Source: Natronincola sp.
Lineage (GTDB): Bacteria; Bacillota; Limnochordia; Darwinibacteriales; Darwinibacteriaceae
Length of the DNA: 38,459 bases
Reading direction: 5' to 3'
Assembly: GCA_012838515.1 (NCBI GenBank)
Contig: DUPA01000012.1
Location: 1 to 38,459 of the forward strand
The notes beneath the pieces were generated by a model. The model was given only the letters and a program-made list of their open reading frames with translations. It did not search any database and had not been told where the DNA came from. This document shows positions 1 to 8,269 of the stretch, in pieces. The position numbers were made by a program, and so were the translations under genes. Within the stretch, counting starts at the first letter, position 1; each line of letters starts with the position of its first letter.

Positions 1-645
1 AGCACCATAGGCTTGCAATCTATTTAATAGAGAAGGAATAAATTTTAGATGGGTTTCCACGCTTCCCACCACTCCATGCTTGGTTAACCCTTCACCACCT
101 GTTTCGAATTGTGGCTTTATCAAGGCAACGATGTGACCTTGTGGTTTAAGAACATCAACGACAAAAGGCATTACTTTTTCCAATGATATGAAAGAAACAT
201 CAATGGTGGCGAATTCGACGAGTTCTCCTAATAATTTAGGGGTCACATCACGAACATCGGTCTGCTCAAAAACAATAACACGGGGATCTTGCCGCAATTC
301 GGGTACAAGTTGATCCTTTCCGACGTCAATTGCATAGATCCTTTTAGCGCCGTTTTCAAGCAAGCACGCGGTGAAACCCCCGGTGGAAGCCCCCACATCT
401 AAACCGATCTTATTTTGAACATCAATATTAAATACCTTCAGGGCCTTTTCTAATTTAAGCCCGGCCCTACTGGGGTAAGCCAATATTTCGCCCTCGATCT
501 CTATCTGAGCATCTATTGCCACTTTTAGACCCGGCTTGGTCACTTTTTTCTGTTCAACAAAAATTTGACCTTGTAAAATAGCTTCTTTAGCCTTTTGTCT
601 CGAAGGAAACAATCCCCTTTTGGCCATCAACACATCTAAACGCAT
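1..645 (-). CDS. tlyA: TlyA-family rRNA (cytidine-2'-O)-methyltransferase; 3' end cut by window edge (first 215 codons present)
   Basis: Absent from the ORF track because it runs off the edge. My minus-strand translation from the ATG at 643-645 gives MRLDVLMAKRGLFPSRQKAKEAILQGQIFVEQKKVTKPGLKV (S4-like N-terminus). In-frame VQNKIGLDVGASTGGFTACL at ~361-420 is the SAM-binding motif of TlyA/FtsJ-type enzymes. It starts 6 nt after the dxs stop, the usual dxs-tlyA order. Confidence 0.8.
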   Translation of the reverse strand, partial: MRLDVLMAKRGLFPSRQKAKEAILQGQIFVEQKKVTKPGLKVAIDAQIEIEGEILAYPSRAGLKLEKALKVFNIDVQNKIGLDVGASTGGFTACLLENGAKRIYAIDVGKDQLVPELRQDPRVIVFEQTDVRDVTPKLLGELVEFATIDVSFISLEKVMPFVVDVLKPQGHIVALIKPQFETGGEGLTKHGVVGSVETHLKFIPSLLNRLQAYGA

Positions 646-651
646 CTTAAA

Positions 652-2538
652 TCATTTATCCTTTCGCGCAACAAGTCTATAAGCCTGGCCTGACAAGGTT
701 TGCCTAACCCTTTGCGCAATATGCTGCGAGGTTATACCATATTCTTCATATAATTGCTCAATATTTCCCTGCGGTATGAAGGTATCGGGATAACCGATTC
801 GGTCAACCCTAACCCTAGGTACAGTGCTCAATAATTCAAGTACACTGCTGCCAAAGCCCCCTGCTAATACATGATCTTCGATGGTTAAGACATAGTTCGA
901 TGCTTTTGCTAGTTTTAAGATCATGGCTTCATCGAGGGGTTTAAGGGATCTCACATTTACAACCGCCAAATTGTATTCAGAAGCCAGTATCCCCGCGGCG
1001 TCCTGTGCTATTTCCACTAGAGGACCGGGCGCAAGAATAACTCCATCCCTTCCGTTACGGATTTGAGATGCGGTAATGGGCGCACTCTCATCAAAAACTA
1101 GTGCCTCACCACTTTCAATGGAAGTATTGGCCCGCGGATAGCGAATGATTACAGGACCATTTTGCCTAATTGCCCAAGTTAGCATTGCAGATAATTCTTC
1201 TCCATTACAGGGAGCCAAAATAACTAAGTTAGGTACAGTTCTTAAAAAGCTTATGTCGAAAACACCCTGGTGAGTCGGTCCATCATCCCCCACAACGCCT
1301 GCACGGTCAATTGCGAGTACAACCGGTAATCTTTGCAAGGCTAAATCATGAATGATTTGATCGTAACTTCTCTGGGCGAAAGTTGAATAAAGAGCCACAA
1401 CCGGACGCAATCCGTCCTTAGCCATTCCCGCAGCTAAGGTAACTGCGTGTTGTTCGGCGATTCCCACGTCGAAGAAGCGCTTAGGAAAAGTCTTGGCAAA
1501 CTTCCCCAGACCCGTTCCATCGCGCATGGCTGCGGTAATTGCAACTATTTTCGAATTTTCTTTCGCTAACTCAACAAGGGAGTTTCCGAATACTTTACTA
1601 TAGGAAATCTCCTGTCGCCGCTTAACCACTGATAGTGGACCCACACCATGATAACGATGGGGACTTTCTTCAGCTAGGGCATGTCCTCGGCCTTTTTGGG
1701 TGTTAACATGAATAAGAACGGGGCCGCCACGCTGTAAACCTGAGCGAATGGCCTTTCTCAATTGCGGTATATTATGACCATCAAAAGGACCAAAATAAGC
1801 AAAGCCTAATTCCTCAAATAATTGACCCGGCAGAATAGTTTTTAGTGTTCTCTTAAATTTGTGTGCAACTTTTGACACGGGGGAACCAACAACCGGAACA
1901 CGTCTTAAAAAAGAAGATAAATCTTCGCGCGCCTTGTATAGCGTGCTATCTGCACGAATTCTACCCAAATAATCACTAAGGGCCCCAACATTATTGGTTA
2001 TGGACATGTCATTATCATTTAAAATAACCACAATATCCTTGCCCAAAGTACCTATATGGTTCAGTGCCTCAAAAGCCATACCACCGGTGAGAGCCCCATC
2101 GCCGATGACCGCCACTACCTTATAATCATCGCCTTGTAAATCGCGGGCTATGGCCATGCCTGCAGCGGCGGAAATGGATGTGGAACTATGTCCCACTCCA
2201 AAATGATCGTGTTCGCTTTCGTTGGGGCAAGGAAACCCCGACAAACCTTGCCACTGACGAAGTGTGCTAAATTGATCTTTACGACCGGTAATTAATTTAT
2301 GAGGGTAACATTGATGACCTACATCCCAAATAATCCGATCTTTAGGACTGTTGAGCTCACTATGTAAAGCCAAAGTAAGTTCAACCACGCCAAGATTTGC
2401 ACCTAAATGTCCACCTGTCTTTTCAATGGTAGAAATGATGTAACTCCGAATTTCTTCAGAGAGCAATTTTAGTTGGTGAATATCCAAGTCTTTAATATCC
2501 TGTGGCGAATTTACTTTCTGTAACAAAGTACCATACAT
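652..2538 (-). CDS. dxs: 1-deoxy-D-xylulose-5-phosphate synthase
   Basis: 628-aa ORF. It has the GHQCYPHKLITGR and GDGALTGGMAFEALN thiamine-diphosphate motifs and a transketolase-like C-terminal half. ATG start at 2536-2538. Confidence 0.95.
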   Translation of the reverse strand: MYGTLLQKVNSPQDIKDLDIHQLKLLSEEIRSYIISTIEKTGGHLGANLGVVELTLALHSELNSPKDRIIWDVGHQCYPHKLITGRKDQFSTLRQWQGLSGFPCPNESEHDHFGVGHSSTSISAAAGMAIARDLQGDDYKVVAVIGDGALTGGMAFEALNHIGTLGKDIVVILNDNDMSITNNVGALSDYLGRIRADSTLYKAREDLSSFLRRVPVVGSPVSKVAHKFKRTLKTILPGQLFEELGFAYFGPFDGHNIPQLRKAIRSGLQRGGPVLIHVNTQKGRGHALAEESPHRYHGVGPLSVVKRRQEISYSKVFGNSLVELAKENSKIVAITAAMRDGTGLGKFAKTFPKRFFDVGIAEQHAVTLAAGMAKDGLRPVVALYSTFAQRSYDQIIHDLALQRLPVVLAIDRAGVVGDDGPTHQGVFDISFLRTVPNLVILAPCNGEELSAMLTWAIRQNGPVIIRYPRANTSIESGEALVFDESAPITASQIRNGRDGVILAPGPLVEIAQDAAGILASEYNLAVVNVRSLKPLDEAMILKLAKASNYVLTIEDHVLAGGFGSSVLELLSTVPRVRVDRIGYPDTFIPQGNIEQLYEEYGITSQHIAQRVRQTLSGQAYRLVARKDK

Positions 2539-2549
2539 AAATTAAACCT

Positions 2550-3116
2550 CTATTTCTTCTTATTTTTTACCGAATTTGGTTCAAACTTTACGCCTATTTT
2601 CTCCAAGGAGTTAAGAACCCATCCGGTCATCATCAAAATCTTGGTCGAATTTGAAATAGCATAATTCTTGCCCAATGCTTTTCCACCAACGGTTAAAGCC
2701 GCCACTAGTGCGACCATCAAGGTGGAAGTTAGTGCTTCACTTAATTCCGGCGAAGAACCAGCTATTCTAAAGATAACCGCCACACCTATGGCACCACTTA
2801 GGGTACCTGCAACATCACCTACGAGATCGTTACAGAAAGTGGATACCCCGTCTGCATTCCTAACAAGCCAGATTGCCTGTTTAGCCCCTGATACTTTATT
2901 TGAGGCCATGGCATGAAACGGTGCTTCGTTGCCTGCAGTGGCCGCCACACCAATAATATCAAAAAGTACACCAATAAGTATAACAAAAAGTAGTAACATA
3001 AAGCTTAATGTCAACGGTAAAAACGACAATACGCTGTTACTACCAAAGTTAAGTACCACGGAAAGAAAAAAGGTTATTAAAATCAATGAAAATAGCGTTT
3101 TCCAACGTCTTTGCAT
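2550..3116 (-). CDS. oapA: Small ~4-TM membrane protein, candidate OLE-associated protein A
   Basis: 188-aa ORF with about four hydrophobic segments (approx. residues 7-25, 33-58, 100-118, 128-148) and a lysine-rich tail. It lies immediately downstream of the large non-coding gene and immediately upstream of dxs (11-nt gap), the known position of oapA. An AAGGA SD lies 9 nt before the ATG at 3114-3116. Confidence 0.7.
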   Translation of the reverse strand: MQRRWKTLFSLILITFFLSVVLNFGSNSVLSFLPLTLSFMLLLFVILIGVLFDIIGVAATAGNEAPFHAMASNKVSGAKQAIWLVRNADGVSTFCNDLVGDVAGTLSGAIGVAVIFRIAGSSPELSEALTSTLMVALVAALTVGGKALGKNYAISNSTKILMMTGWVLNSLEKIGVKFEPNSVKNKKK

Positions 3117-3141
3117 TTTTATACATCCTTAAAAAAATACC

Positions 3142-3772
3142 GAGGTGAGTGGCAGTGATATGAGTAAAGATTGTGGCTTAGGTCCAGCAGGTTTTCCCAA
3201 AGATCTTCCAATTCGTCACCGTAACTGGCGGTTTCCCCTTTCTGATCTCTTCGCTTGTCACCAAAAACGAGGCTGGATTACCACTTAGACCACACCGTAA
3301 TCCCCATTTCACCATCTGAAAAAGATACAGTCTAGGAGTTTTCCTCGACACGGTTCACACTCTCTAGTCTCTTTTGCAGTAAAGGTTTCAAGGGTTTCCA
3401 CCAAGGTGGAGAGCAAAACGCTTCGGCCGAAAGCTTTTTTGCTTTTTATCCCTATCCCCCAATTACCACTCAAGACAGGCTACACTGCACCCAACACTGA
3501 TATGTGTATAAGCTACAATTTGGTATCGCGTGCAGGTTTAATCCCAAACCGTAAAAATGCGATCATCGCATTTCCACAGAAATGGGTCTCCGTGGGGGTG
3601 GGTCAACGCCTGCATGCCCTTGCAGATCGCCCTACCCCCTTAACCCCCAGCAGCAACCCATGACTGGGCGTCACAAGCCACCACCAGAGACTTCATCGAT
3701 GTGCCCTTAACGGATTTTTAGGCCCGCTTTCAAGAATGAGACCAGTGACTAGAATACTGCGCCACTCACCTC
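3142..3772 (-). ncRNA. ole: OLE (ornate, large, extremophilic) RNA candidate, ~631 nt
   Basis: A 703-bp gap with no credible ORF in an otherwise gap-free operon. GAGGTGAGTGGC (3142-3153) is the perfect reverse complement of GCCACTCACCTC (3761-3772), closing ~631 nt. Nested helices include 3594-3599/3634-3639 enclosing hairpin 3610-3614/3621-3625, an 8-bp hairpin at 3555-3573, and the GCAAAA...TTTTGC hairpin at 3413-3442. The synteny ispA-[RNA]-small TM protein-dxs-tlyA matches the published OLE context. Strand is inferred from the flanking operon and the upstream promoter. Confidence 0.78.
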
Positions 3773-3784
3773 TAAGTCTGTCTA

Positions 3785-3814
3785 ATTATACCATAGCCTC
3801 TGAATTAAGTGCAA
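3785..3814 (-). promoter_or_regulatory. SigA-type promoter with extended -10, directly upstream of the OLE candidate
   Basis: The minus strand reads TTGCAC (3814-3809) - 18 nt - TGG TATAAT (3793-3785). The -10 lies ~12 nt upstream of the 5' arm of the closing helix. The promoter begins 6 nt after the ispA stop. Confidence 0.5.
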
Positions 3815-3819
3815 GTAAA

Positions 3820-4713
3820 CTAATGGTCTCTCTGGATGATAAAGGTGGCTAAATATCTCAGTATATTTGCCTTACAAGTAAAACCTTTTAGTGCATCTAA
3901 ACATTCCGCAACACAGGCTTCAGCCAATTCTATAGATTTTTCAAGACCATATAGCCGCGGATAGGTCTGTTTACCTTTGTCCCGGTCTGCCCCTATGGCC
4001 TTGCCTAGTTGATCTGCGTGGCCAATCTCATCTAGAATATCATCGGTTATTTGGAAAGCCATCCCTAAGGATTCGCCGTAGGACGTTAGAAGTTCTAATT
4101 CTTTCCCACTGGCACCGCCTATTAATGCCCCACCGCGTAAAGCTGCTTTAATAAGAGCACCTGTTTTATGCTTGTGAATGTAGTCCAATGTTTGAGGTGT
4201 TAGCTTTTTTCCTTCCGAACTAATGTCGATCACTTGTCCACCTACCATCCCCTGAGAACCTGCTCCGGTAGATAACTCTGCGATCACTTTGATGGCAACA
4301 CTCGGACAGATACCGTAATCCTCGGGCATTTGCGCCAAAATTTCAAATGCTAGAGTTAGTAAGGCGTCACCTGCCAATACGGCCATTGCATCGCCATACA
4401 CCCTATGGTTAGACGGTTTACCGCGCCTTAAATCATCATCATCCATGCACGGCAAATCATCGTGTATCAAAGAGTAGGCATGAACCATCTCCACTGCGGC
4501 AGCAAGGCCGTCTGTCTGTTTTACATCTCCGCCCACCGCTTCGCAGGCAGCCATAACCAACATTCCTCTTAACCGTTTACCCCCGCCTAAAGTTGAATAA
4601 CGCATTGCTTCGTGGATCAACTCGGGCATTACTTGAACTCCGGGTAGTTTTTCTTCCAAGATATTCTCTATTTTCTCAGCAGTCGTATCCCAGTATGTTA
4701 AAAAGTTCTCCAT
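3820..4713 (-). CDS. ispA: Farnesyl/geranyl diphosphate synthase (polyprenyl synthetase family)
   Basis: 297 aa. First aspartate-rich motif LIHDDLPCMDDDDLRRG and second motif FQITDDILD. Overlaps the xseB stop by 1 nt. Confidence 0.9.
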   Translation of the reverse strand: MENFLTYWDTTAEKIENILEEKLPGVQVMPELIHEAMRYSTLGGGKRLRGMLVMAACEAVGGDVKQTDGLAAAVEMVHAYSLIHDDLPCMDDDDLRRGKPSNHRVYGDAMAVLAGDALLTLAFEILAQMPEDYGICPSVAIKVIAELSTGAGSQGMVGGQVIDISSEGKKLTPQTLDYIHKHKTGALIKAALRGGALIGGASGKELELLTSYGESLGMAFQITDDILDEIGHADQLGKAIGADRDKGKQTYPRLYGLEKSIELAEACVAECLDALKGFTCKANILRYLATFIIQRDH

Positions 4714-4928
4714 TAATCCTTCACCTCGATTGGTTCAATCCGTTCATCCTCAAGCATAACCTCGATTTTGCCTTCCGCATCGTCTAGTTTTTTATTACAT
4801 AGTCTGGCAAGCTTCACCCCTTCTTCAAATAAGCTTAAGGACTCATCTAAAGAGGATTCTCCTTGCTCGAGTTTCCTAACGATTTCTTCTAACCGAATTA
4901 GTGCTATTTCAAAGTTTAATTCACTCAT
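4713..4928 (-). CDS. xseB: Exodeoxyribonuclease VII small subunit
   Basis: The track ORF (to 4997) is over-extended. MSELNFEIALIRLEEIVRKLEQGESSLDESLSLFEEG is a typical XseB N-terminus starting at the ATG at 4926-4928. This overlaps the xseA stop (ATGAGTTGA-type 8-nt overlap). Confidence 0.88.
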   Translation of the reverse strand: MSELNFEIALIRLEEIVRKLEQGESSLDESLSLFEEGVKLARLCNKKLDDAEGKIEVMLEDERIEPIEVKD

Positions 4929-6123
4929 GAGTTGTACTCCCTTCCACCTTGCACAAAAGATCGCCGCGATGCAACCGTACTCTAAGCGATGAACCAACAG
5001 CTACGTTTTTAGCATCACGTACAATTTTCCCATTATGATCTTGGCAAATCGAATAACCCCTACCAAGAGTCTCTAGGGGACTAAGAGTATTAAGTTTCCC
5101 CACATGTGTTTCTAATTTAGAACGTAGCAATATTAAATTATGACGATTATGTCTTACAATTGCTGACCATTGCTCATCGACTTTTTGCCTTAATTGTCCG
5201 ATGGCTTGCGCCGGTTGTAATAGCACGGGGCTTTGGGTTAGCTGCTTTAAATACCGCCGTTCGGAATTAATCTTCTGGGTCACCGCTATTTTCATCCGCT
5301 CTTCCGAATTAGCGATAGATTCTACAAGATCTTTTTTAACAGGCACGACCAATTCTGCCGCGGCCGATGGTGTAGGGGCACGTAAATCCGCAACAAAATC
5401 TGCTATTGTAAAATCTGTTTCGTGACCTACCGCAGATATAATCGGAATCTTAGATCTTGCTATTGCTCTAGCAAGATGTTCATCATTAAAGGCGCCCAGC
5501 TCTTCAAAAGATCCACCGCCCCTTCCCATTATAATTACGTCTACATTTGTTTTTTGAGACATTGCTAAGGCCTCCAGTAGACTTTTGGGGGCTCCATCTC
5601 CTTGTACAAGGGCGGGGAAAATTAATACATCAACCCCGCCGTGGCGTCTTTTTAGAACATTAAGAATGTCACGCAGCGCCGCGCCGGAGGGCGAAGTTAT
5701 TACTCCGATTCTTGTGGGCAAATATGGTAAGGAAATTTTATTCGCTGGGTCAAAAAGTCCTTCCCTTTGTAATTTCTCTTTCAGTTGCTCAAAAGCTAAA
5801 TGCAGATCCCCCACTCCCTGTGGTAGCAATAATTCAACATAGAGCTGATATTCTCCATTTGGTTCATAAACGCCAAGTGACCCTATTGCGATTAAAGTGT
5901 CACCGTTTTTAGGCGGAAAATTCAAATGCTGATTATGTCCTCTGAACATAACTGCTTTAATGCGACTATTTTGATCTTTTAAAGAGAAATACATATGCCC
6001 GGATCTATGATGTATAAAATTGGAGATTTCCCCCTGTACAGCCAAATCCTGAAAAGGAGGGTTGTTAAATACCTGTTTTATTTGTTTTGTCAGTTCGCTT
6101 ACTGAAATAGGTTCCACCAGCAT
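4921..6123 (-). CDS. xseA: Exodeoxyribonuclease VII large subunit
   Basis: 400 aa with an N-terminal OB-fold-like region followed by the catalytic region (GRGGGS motif). Canonical xseA-xseB pairing. Confidence 0.92.
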   Translation of the reverse strand: MLVEPISVSELTKQIKQVFNNPPFQDLAVQGEISNFIHHRSGHMYFSLKDQNSRIKAVMFRGHNQHLNFPPKNGDTLIAIGSLGVYEPNGEYQLYVELLLPQGVGDLHLAFEQLKEKLQREGLFDPANKISLPYLPTRIGVITSPSGAALRDILNVLKRRHGGVDVLIFPALVQGDGAPKSLLEALAMSQKTNVDVIIMGRGGGSFEELGAFNDEHLARAIARSKIPIISAVGHETDFTIADFVADLRAPTPSAAAELVVPVKKDLVESIANSEERMKIAVTQKINSERRYLKQLTQSPVLLQPAQAIGQLRQKVDEQWSAIVRHNRHNLILLRSKLETHVGKLNTLSPLETLGRGYSICQDHNGKIVRDAKNVAVGSSLRVRLHRGDLLCKVEGSTTHE

Positions 6124-6143
6124 CCCCTTTCCTTATGGTTAAA

Positions 6144-7097
6144 TCAAGATATTGTAATGATACCCGCCCGCAGTGCACCGTAGTATGCTGCACCATAAGC
6201 GTTATCAACACTATATTTCGGAGACGCGAAGAATAGTTTCCAATCAGGTAATGACTTCTCCAGTTGTTCCCTGATTAATAAATTAGCGGCCACTCCACCA
6301 ATAACCAATATTTCGCGGCAATCCGTTTTACTTTCGGTGAAGCGAATCCACTTAATTAGTGTTCTAGCAATAACATCAAGGCAAGTTCTTGCCAAGATTT
6401 CGGGTTCGACTTGTCCAACAATCCGCTCTAGAGCAGTTAAAGGTCCGGAAAAACTAATTTTTCCATTACGATGAAAGGTACTTATTGGCACTGTTTCGAG
6501 AGTTTTGTTCGCTAGGTTTTCCAATAATGGTCCGGCCGGAAAAGGTAGTCCAAGTTTAACCCCCAGACGATCCACTAATTGACCCGCATGTAAGTCTAAC
6601 GTGCAGCCTAAAGATTCAACTGCCAATCGAAAATCATTGCTATATCTTTTTACCTCCGTTAGTTCAGTTGTCCCCCCTGATAGATGAAGTGCTAAAAAGC
6701 GGGATTCTTTAAGCCCCCCGGAGCTAGCCACTCCGCTCCATATATGTGTTTCTTGATGAGTGGTTTCATAAACGGGGATGCCTAGGATATGACCTAAGGA
6801 ACTCGCGAAACTAGTTCCCGGTATGAAAACAGGCATGTATGAGTCGTCGCGGGGTCGAGGTTTAGCTGAAACTCCTATGGCGGTCAAAGTGTTAGTGTTA
6901 AAATGATTTTGAATATTAGCGGTTAACTCAGGCAAATTTTTCACATGTTGAAATAAGGCTTCCGATTGCCGTAATCCACGGGCACCGGAAGCCACATTTA
7001 AAATTTTTCGTTGGTCGGCGACCACTTTTCCATCTTCACCAACTAAACATATTGATGTTGTATAATTACTGGTATCAATCCCCAATACAAGCTTCAT
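6144..7097 (-). CDS. Kae1/TsaD-like ASKHA-fold protein (peptidase M22 family paralog), function unknown
   Basis: 317 aa. The N-terminal GIDTSNYTTS resembles the GIETSCDET phosphate-1 motif of TsaD, and a His pair HQETH aligns with the metal-binding HxxxH. The C-terminal GGVAAN motif is present. ATGA overlap with the nusB stop. Confidence 0.6.
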   Translation of the reverse strand: MKLVLGIDTSNYTTSICLVGEDGKVVADQRKILNVASGARGLRQSEALFQHVKNLPELTANIQNHFNTNTLTAIGVSAKPRPRDDSYMPVFIPGTSFASSLGHILGIPVYETTHQETHIWSGVASSGGLKESRFLALHLSGGTTELTEVKRYSNDFRLAVESLGCTLDLHAGQLVDRLGVKLGLPFPAGPLLENLANKTLETVPISTFHRNGKISFSGPLTALERIVGQVEPEILARTCLDVIARTLIKWIRFTESKTDCREILVIGGVAANLLIREQLEKSLPDWKLFFASPKYSVDNAYGAAYYGALRAGIITIS

Positions 7098-7501
7098 TGA
7101 AACCCGCCTTCTCGTATCACAGTGCCCAATAAACCATTAATGAAGCGCGATGCTTCATCATCTCCAAAACTTTTGGCTAGCTCTACCGCCTCGTTTACGG
7201 AGACTCCTATGGGTATCTCATCCATAAAAACAATCTCATAAATTGCTAAACGCAGAATGTTGCGTTCTATAAATCCAAGACGATGGACATCCCAGTCTAC
7301 GGATACGGCTTTTATTTGAGTATCAAGGGCGGTTATGTGCTGCATAACACCACGTACCGCCCTTTTAACATATTCTTGGTTCTCTGCACCTAAAGCAACT
7401 TCGCTCAATCTTTGCATCAGAGCATTCTCAACTTCGCCTTTAGCTAGGTCAATTTGAAACAATGTTTGAAAGGCTACTTGTCGCGCCAAACGTCTACTCA
7501 A
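7094..7501 (-). CDS. nusB: Transcription antitermination factor NusB
   Basis: 135 aa: SRRLARQVAFQTLFQ ... ERNILRLAIYEI ... AVELAK. TTG start with a GAGGTG SD upstream. Confidence 0.92.
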   Translation of the reverse strand: MSRRLARQVAFQTLFQIDLAKGEVENALMQRLSEVALGAENQEYVKRAVRGVMQHITALDTQIKAVSVDWDVHRLGFIERNILRLAIYEIVFMDEIPIGVSVNEAVELAKSFGDDEASRFINGLLGTVIREGGFQ

Positions 7502-7507
7502 CTGAAA

Positions 7508-7717
7508 TCACCTCAAGAACCTAGTAAAAACATTCTCTTCGCTATTGGGCGAGTCGAAACGTGCACCTAAATAAAAACCTGCTCCAATACAAAGCACCAC
7601 AAAAACACCTTTAACTATTCCGTAACGGATAATAATCCAGCCTACCACCAAACCGATGATTGAGCCCAAAATTTTACCCAAGTGTGTGGTTAGCTTATCA
7701 AGCAATTTTTCCACCAT
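7508..7717 (-). CDS. Small integral membrane protein (DUF2273-like)
   Basis: 69 aa with two hydrophobic helices (GKILGSIIGLVVGWIII, VFVVLCIGAGFYLG). Conserved position after amaP/asp23. Confidence 0.6.
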   Translation of the reverse strand: MVEKLLDKLTTHLGKILGSIIGLVVGWIIIRYGIVKGVFVVLCIGAGFYLGARFDSPNSEENVFTRFLR

Positions 7718-7731
7718 TTATTACACCCCTT

Positions 7732-8268
7732 TTAAATCTCAACATCGACCTCGCCGAGTTCGGCGTCGCCTTTTGTTGATATTCCCACTACAAATACTTC
7801 TACCTCTGTAAGCGCGACCCCTAAGGTACTTTCCACGTATTCTTTAACTTTTTCTTGGAGTCTCTCGGACAATTGGGGAATATTGTATCCGGGGTAAACT
7901 TGAACTTTTAATACTACTTTAGGATCTTCCACATTTGAGATGGAAGCTTTTATCTGTTCTAATCCTTGAACCTGGTTAGCTGCTTCAACCACAAGGGTTT
8001 CTACACAAACTGAACCGATTTTCACTAAACCGTGTTCGCTTCGGTAAATCATGTACTTCTTTTTATCTCTTCGAGTAACGAGAATCAAAAGGTAAACGCC
8101 TAACAAAATTAAAAGCAGCGCCACAACTCCACCATCGAACATAAGGTTAGAAGAATTGAGCCAAAATAGCACGAGATTATTACCCCAAATTGTAAGGCAT
8201 AGCAAAGCAGACAATCCTAGCAAGAGCAGGGCAATAATGGCTAGAAAAACACGATCCAAAAGTGTCAT
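7732..8268 (-). CDS. amaP: Alkaline shock response membrane anchor protein AmaP-like
   Basis: 178 aa with two N-terminal TM helices followed by an Asp23-like soluble domain. Lies immediately downstream of the Asp23 gene. Confidence 0.65.
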   Translation of the reverse strand: MTLLDRVFLAIIALLLLGLSALLCLTIWGNNLVLFWLNSSNLMFDGGVVALLLILLGVYLLILVTRRDKKKYMIYRSEHGLVKIGSVCVETLVVEAANQVQGLEQIKASISNVEDPKVVLKVQVYPGYNIPQLSERLQEKVKEYVESTLGVALTEVEVFVVGISTKGDAELGEVDVEI

Positions 8269-8269
8269 T

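Noticed and set aside
1-645. Reading TlyA as a haemolysin/virulence gene
   Set aside because: The motifs are those of the S4-domain + FtsJ-like 2'-O-methyltransferase. The 'hemolysin A' label is historical, and nothing here indicates a toxin.
2668-3132. Plus-strand ORFs 2668-2916 and 2929-3132 antisense to the oapA-like gene
   Set aside because: They lie entirely within a better-supported minus-strand membrane-protein gene. They have no SD, and their low-complexity translations are typical of antisense frames.
3413-3446. Hairpin + T6 that looks like a plus-strand intrinsic terminator (GCTTCGGCCGAAAGC TTTTTT)
   Set aside because: No plus-strand gene ends upstream of it. On the minus strand the same bases form an extended GCAAAA...TTTTGC hairpin internal to the RNA candidate, so I treat it as part of the RNA fold.
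3406-3663. 85-aa plus-strand ORF (GTG start) inside the large intergenic region
   Set aside because: It has no SD and lies antisense to the operon. Its composition is odd (Pro/Thr/Leu-rich, low complexity), and it spans the helices of the predicted structured RNA. It is best explained as a chance ORF within a non-coding RNA gene.
3117-3819. Alternative identities for the non-coding region: RNase P RNA, tmRNA, group II intron, rRNA fragment
   Set aside because: It is too long for RNase P or tmRNA. The closest match to the RNase P P4 signature is GAGGAAAACUCC, which is not GAGGAAAGUCC. I found no tag-peptide ORF, no tRNA-like end and no intron-encoded protein. The genomic context fits OLE instead.
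4929-4997. N-terminal extensions of track ORFs (xseB to 4997, spoIIIAF to 12402, spoIIIAD to 13906, spoIIIAC to 14099, M42-3 from 28313, tldD to 25633, MinD-like to 31567, yqeH to 19218)
   Set aside because: The extensions overlap the upstream gene substantially and lack SD sequences. Internal starts have good SDs and give N-termini matching the families.
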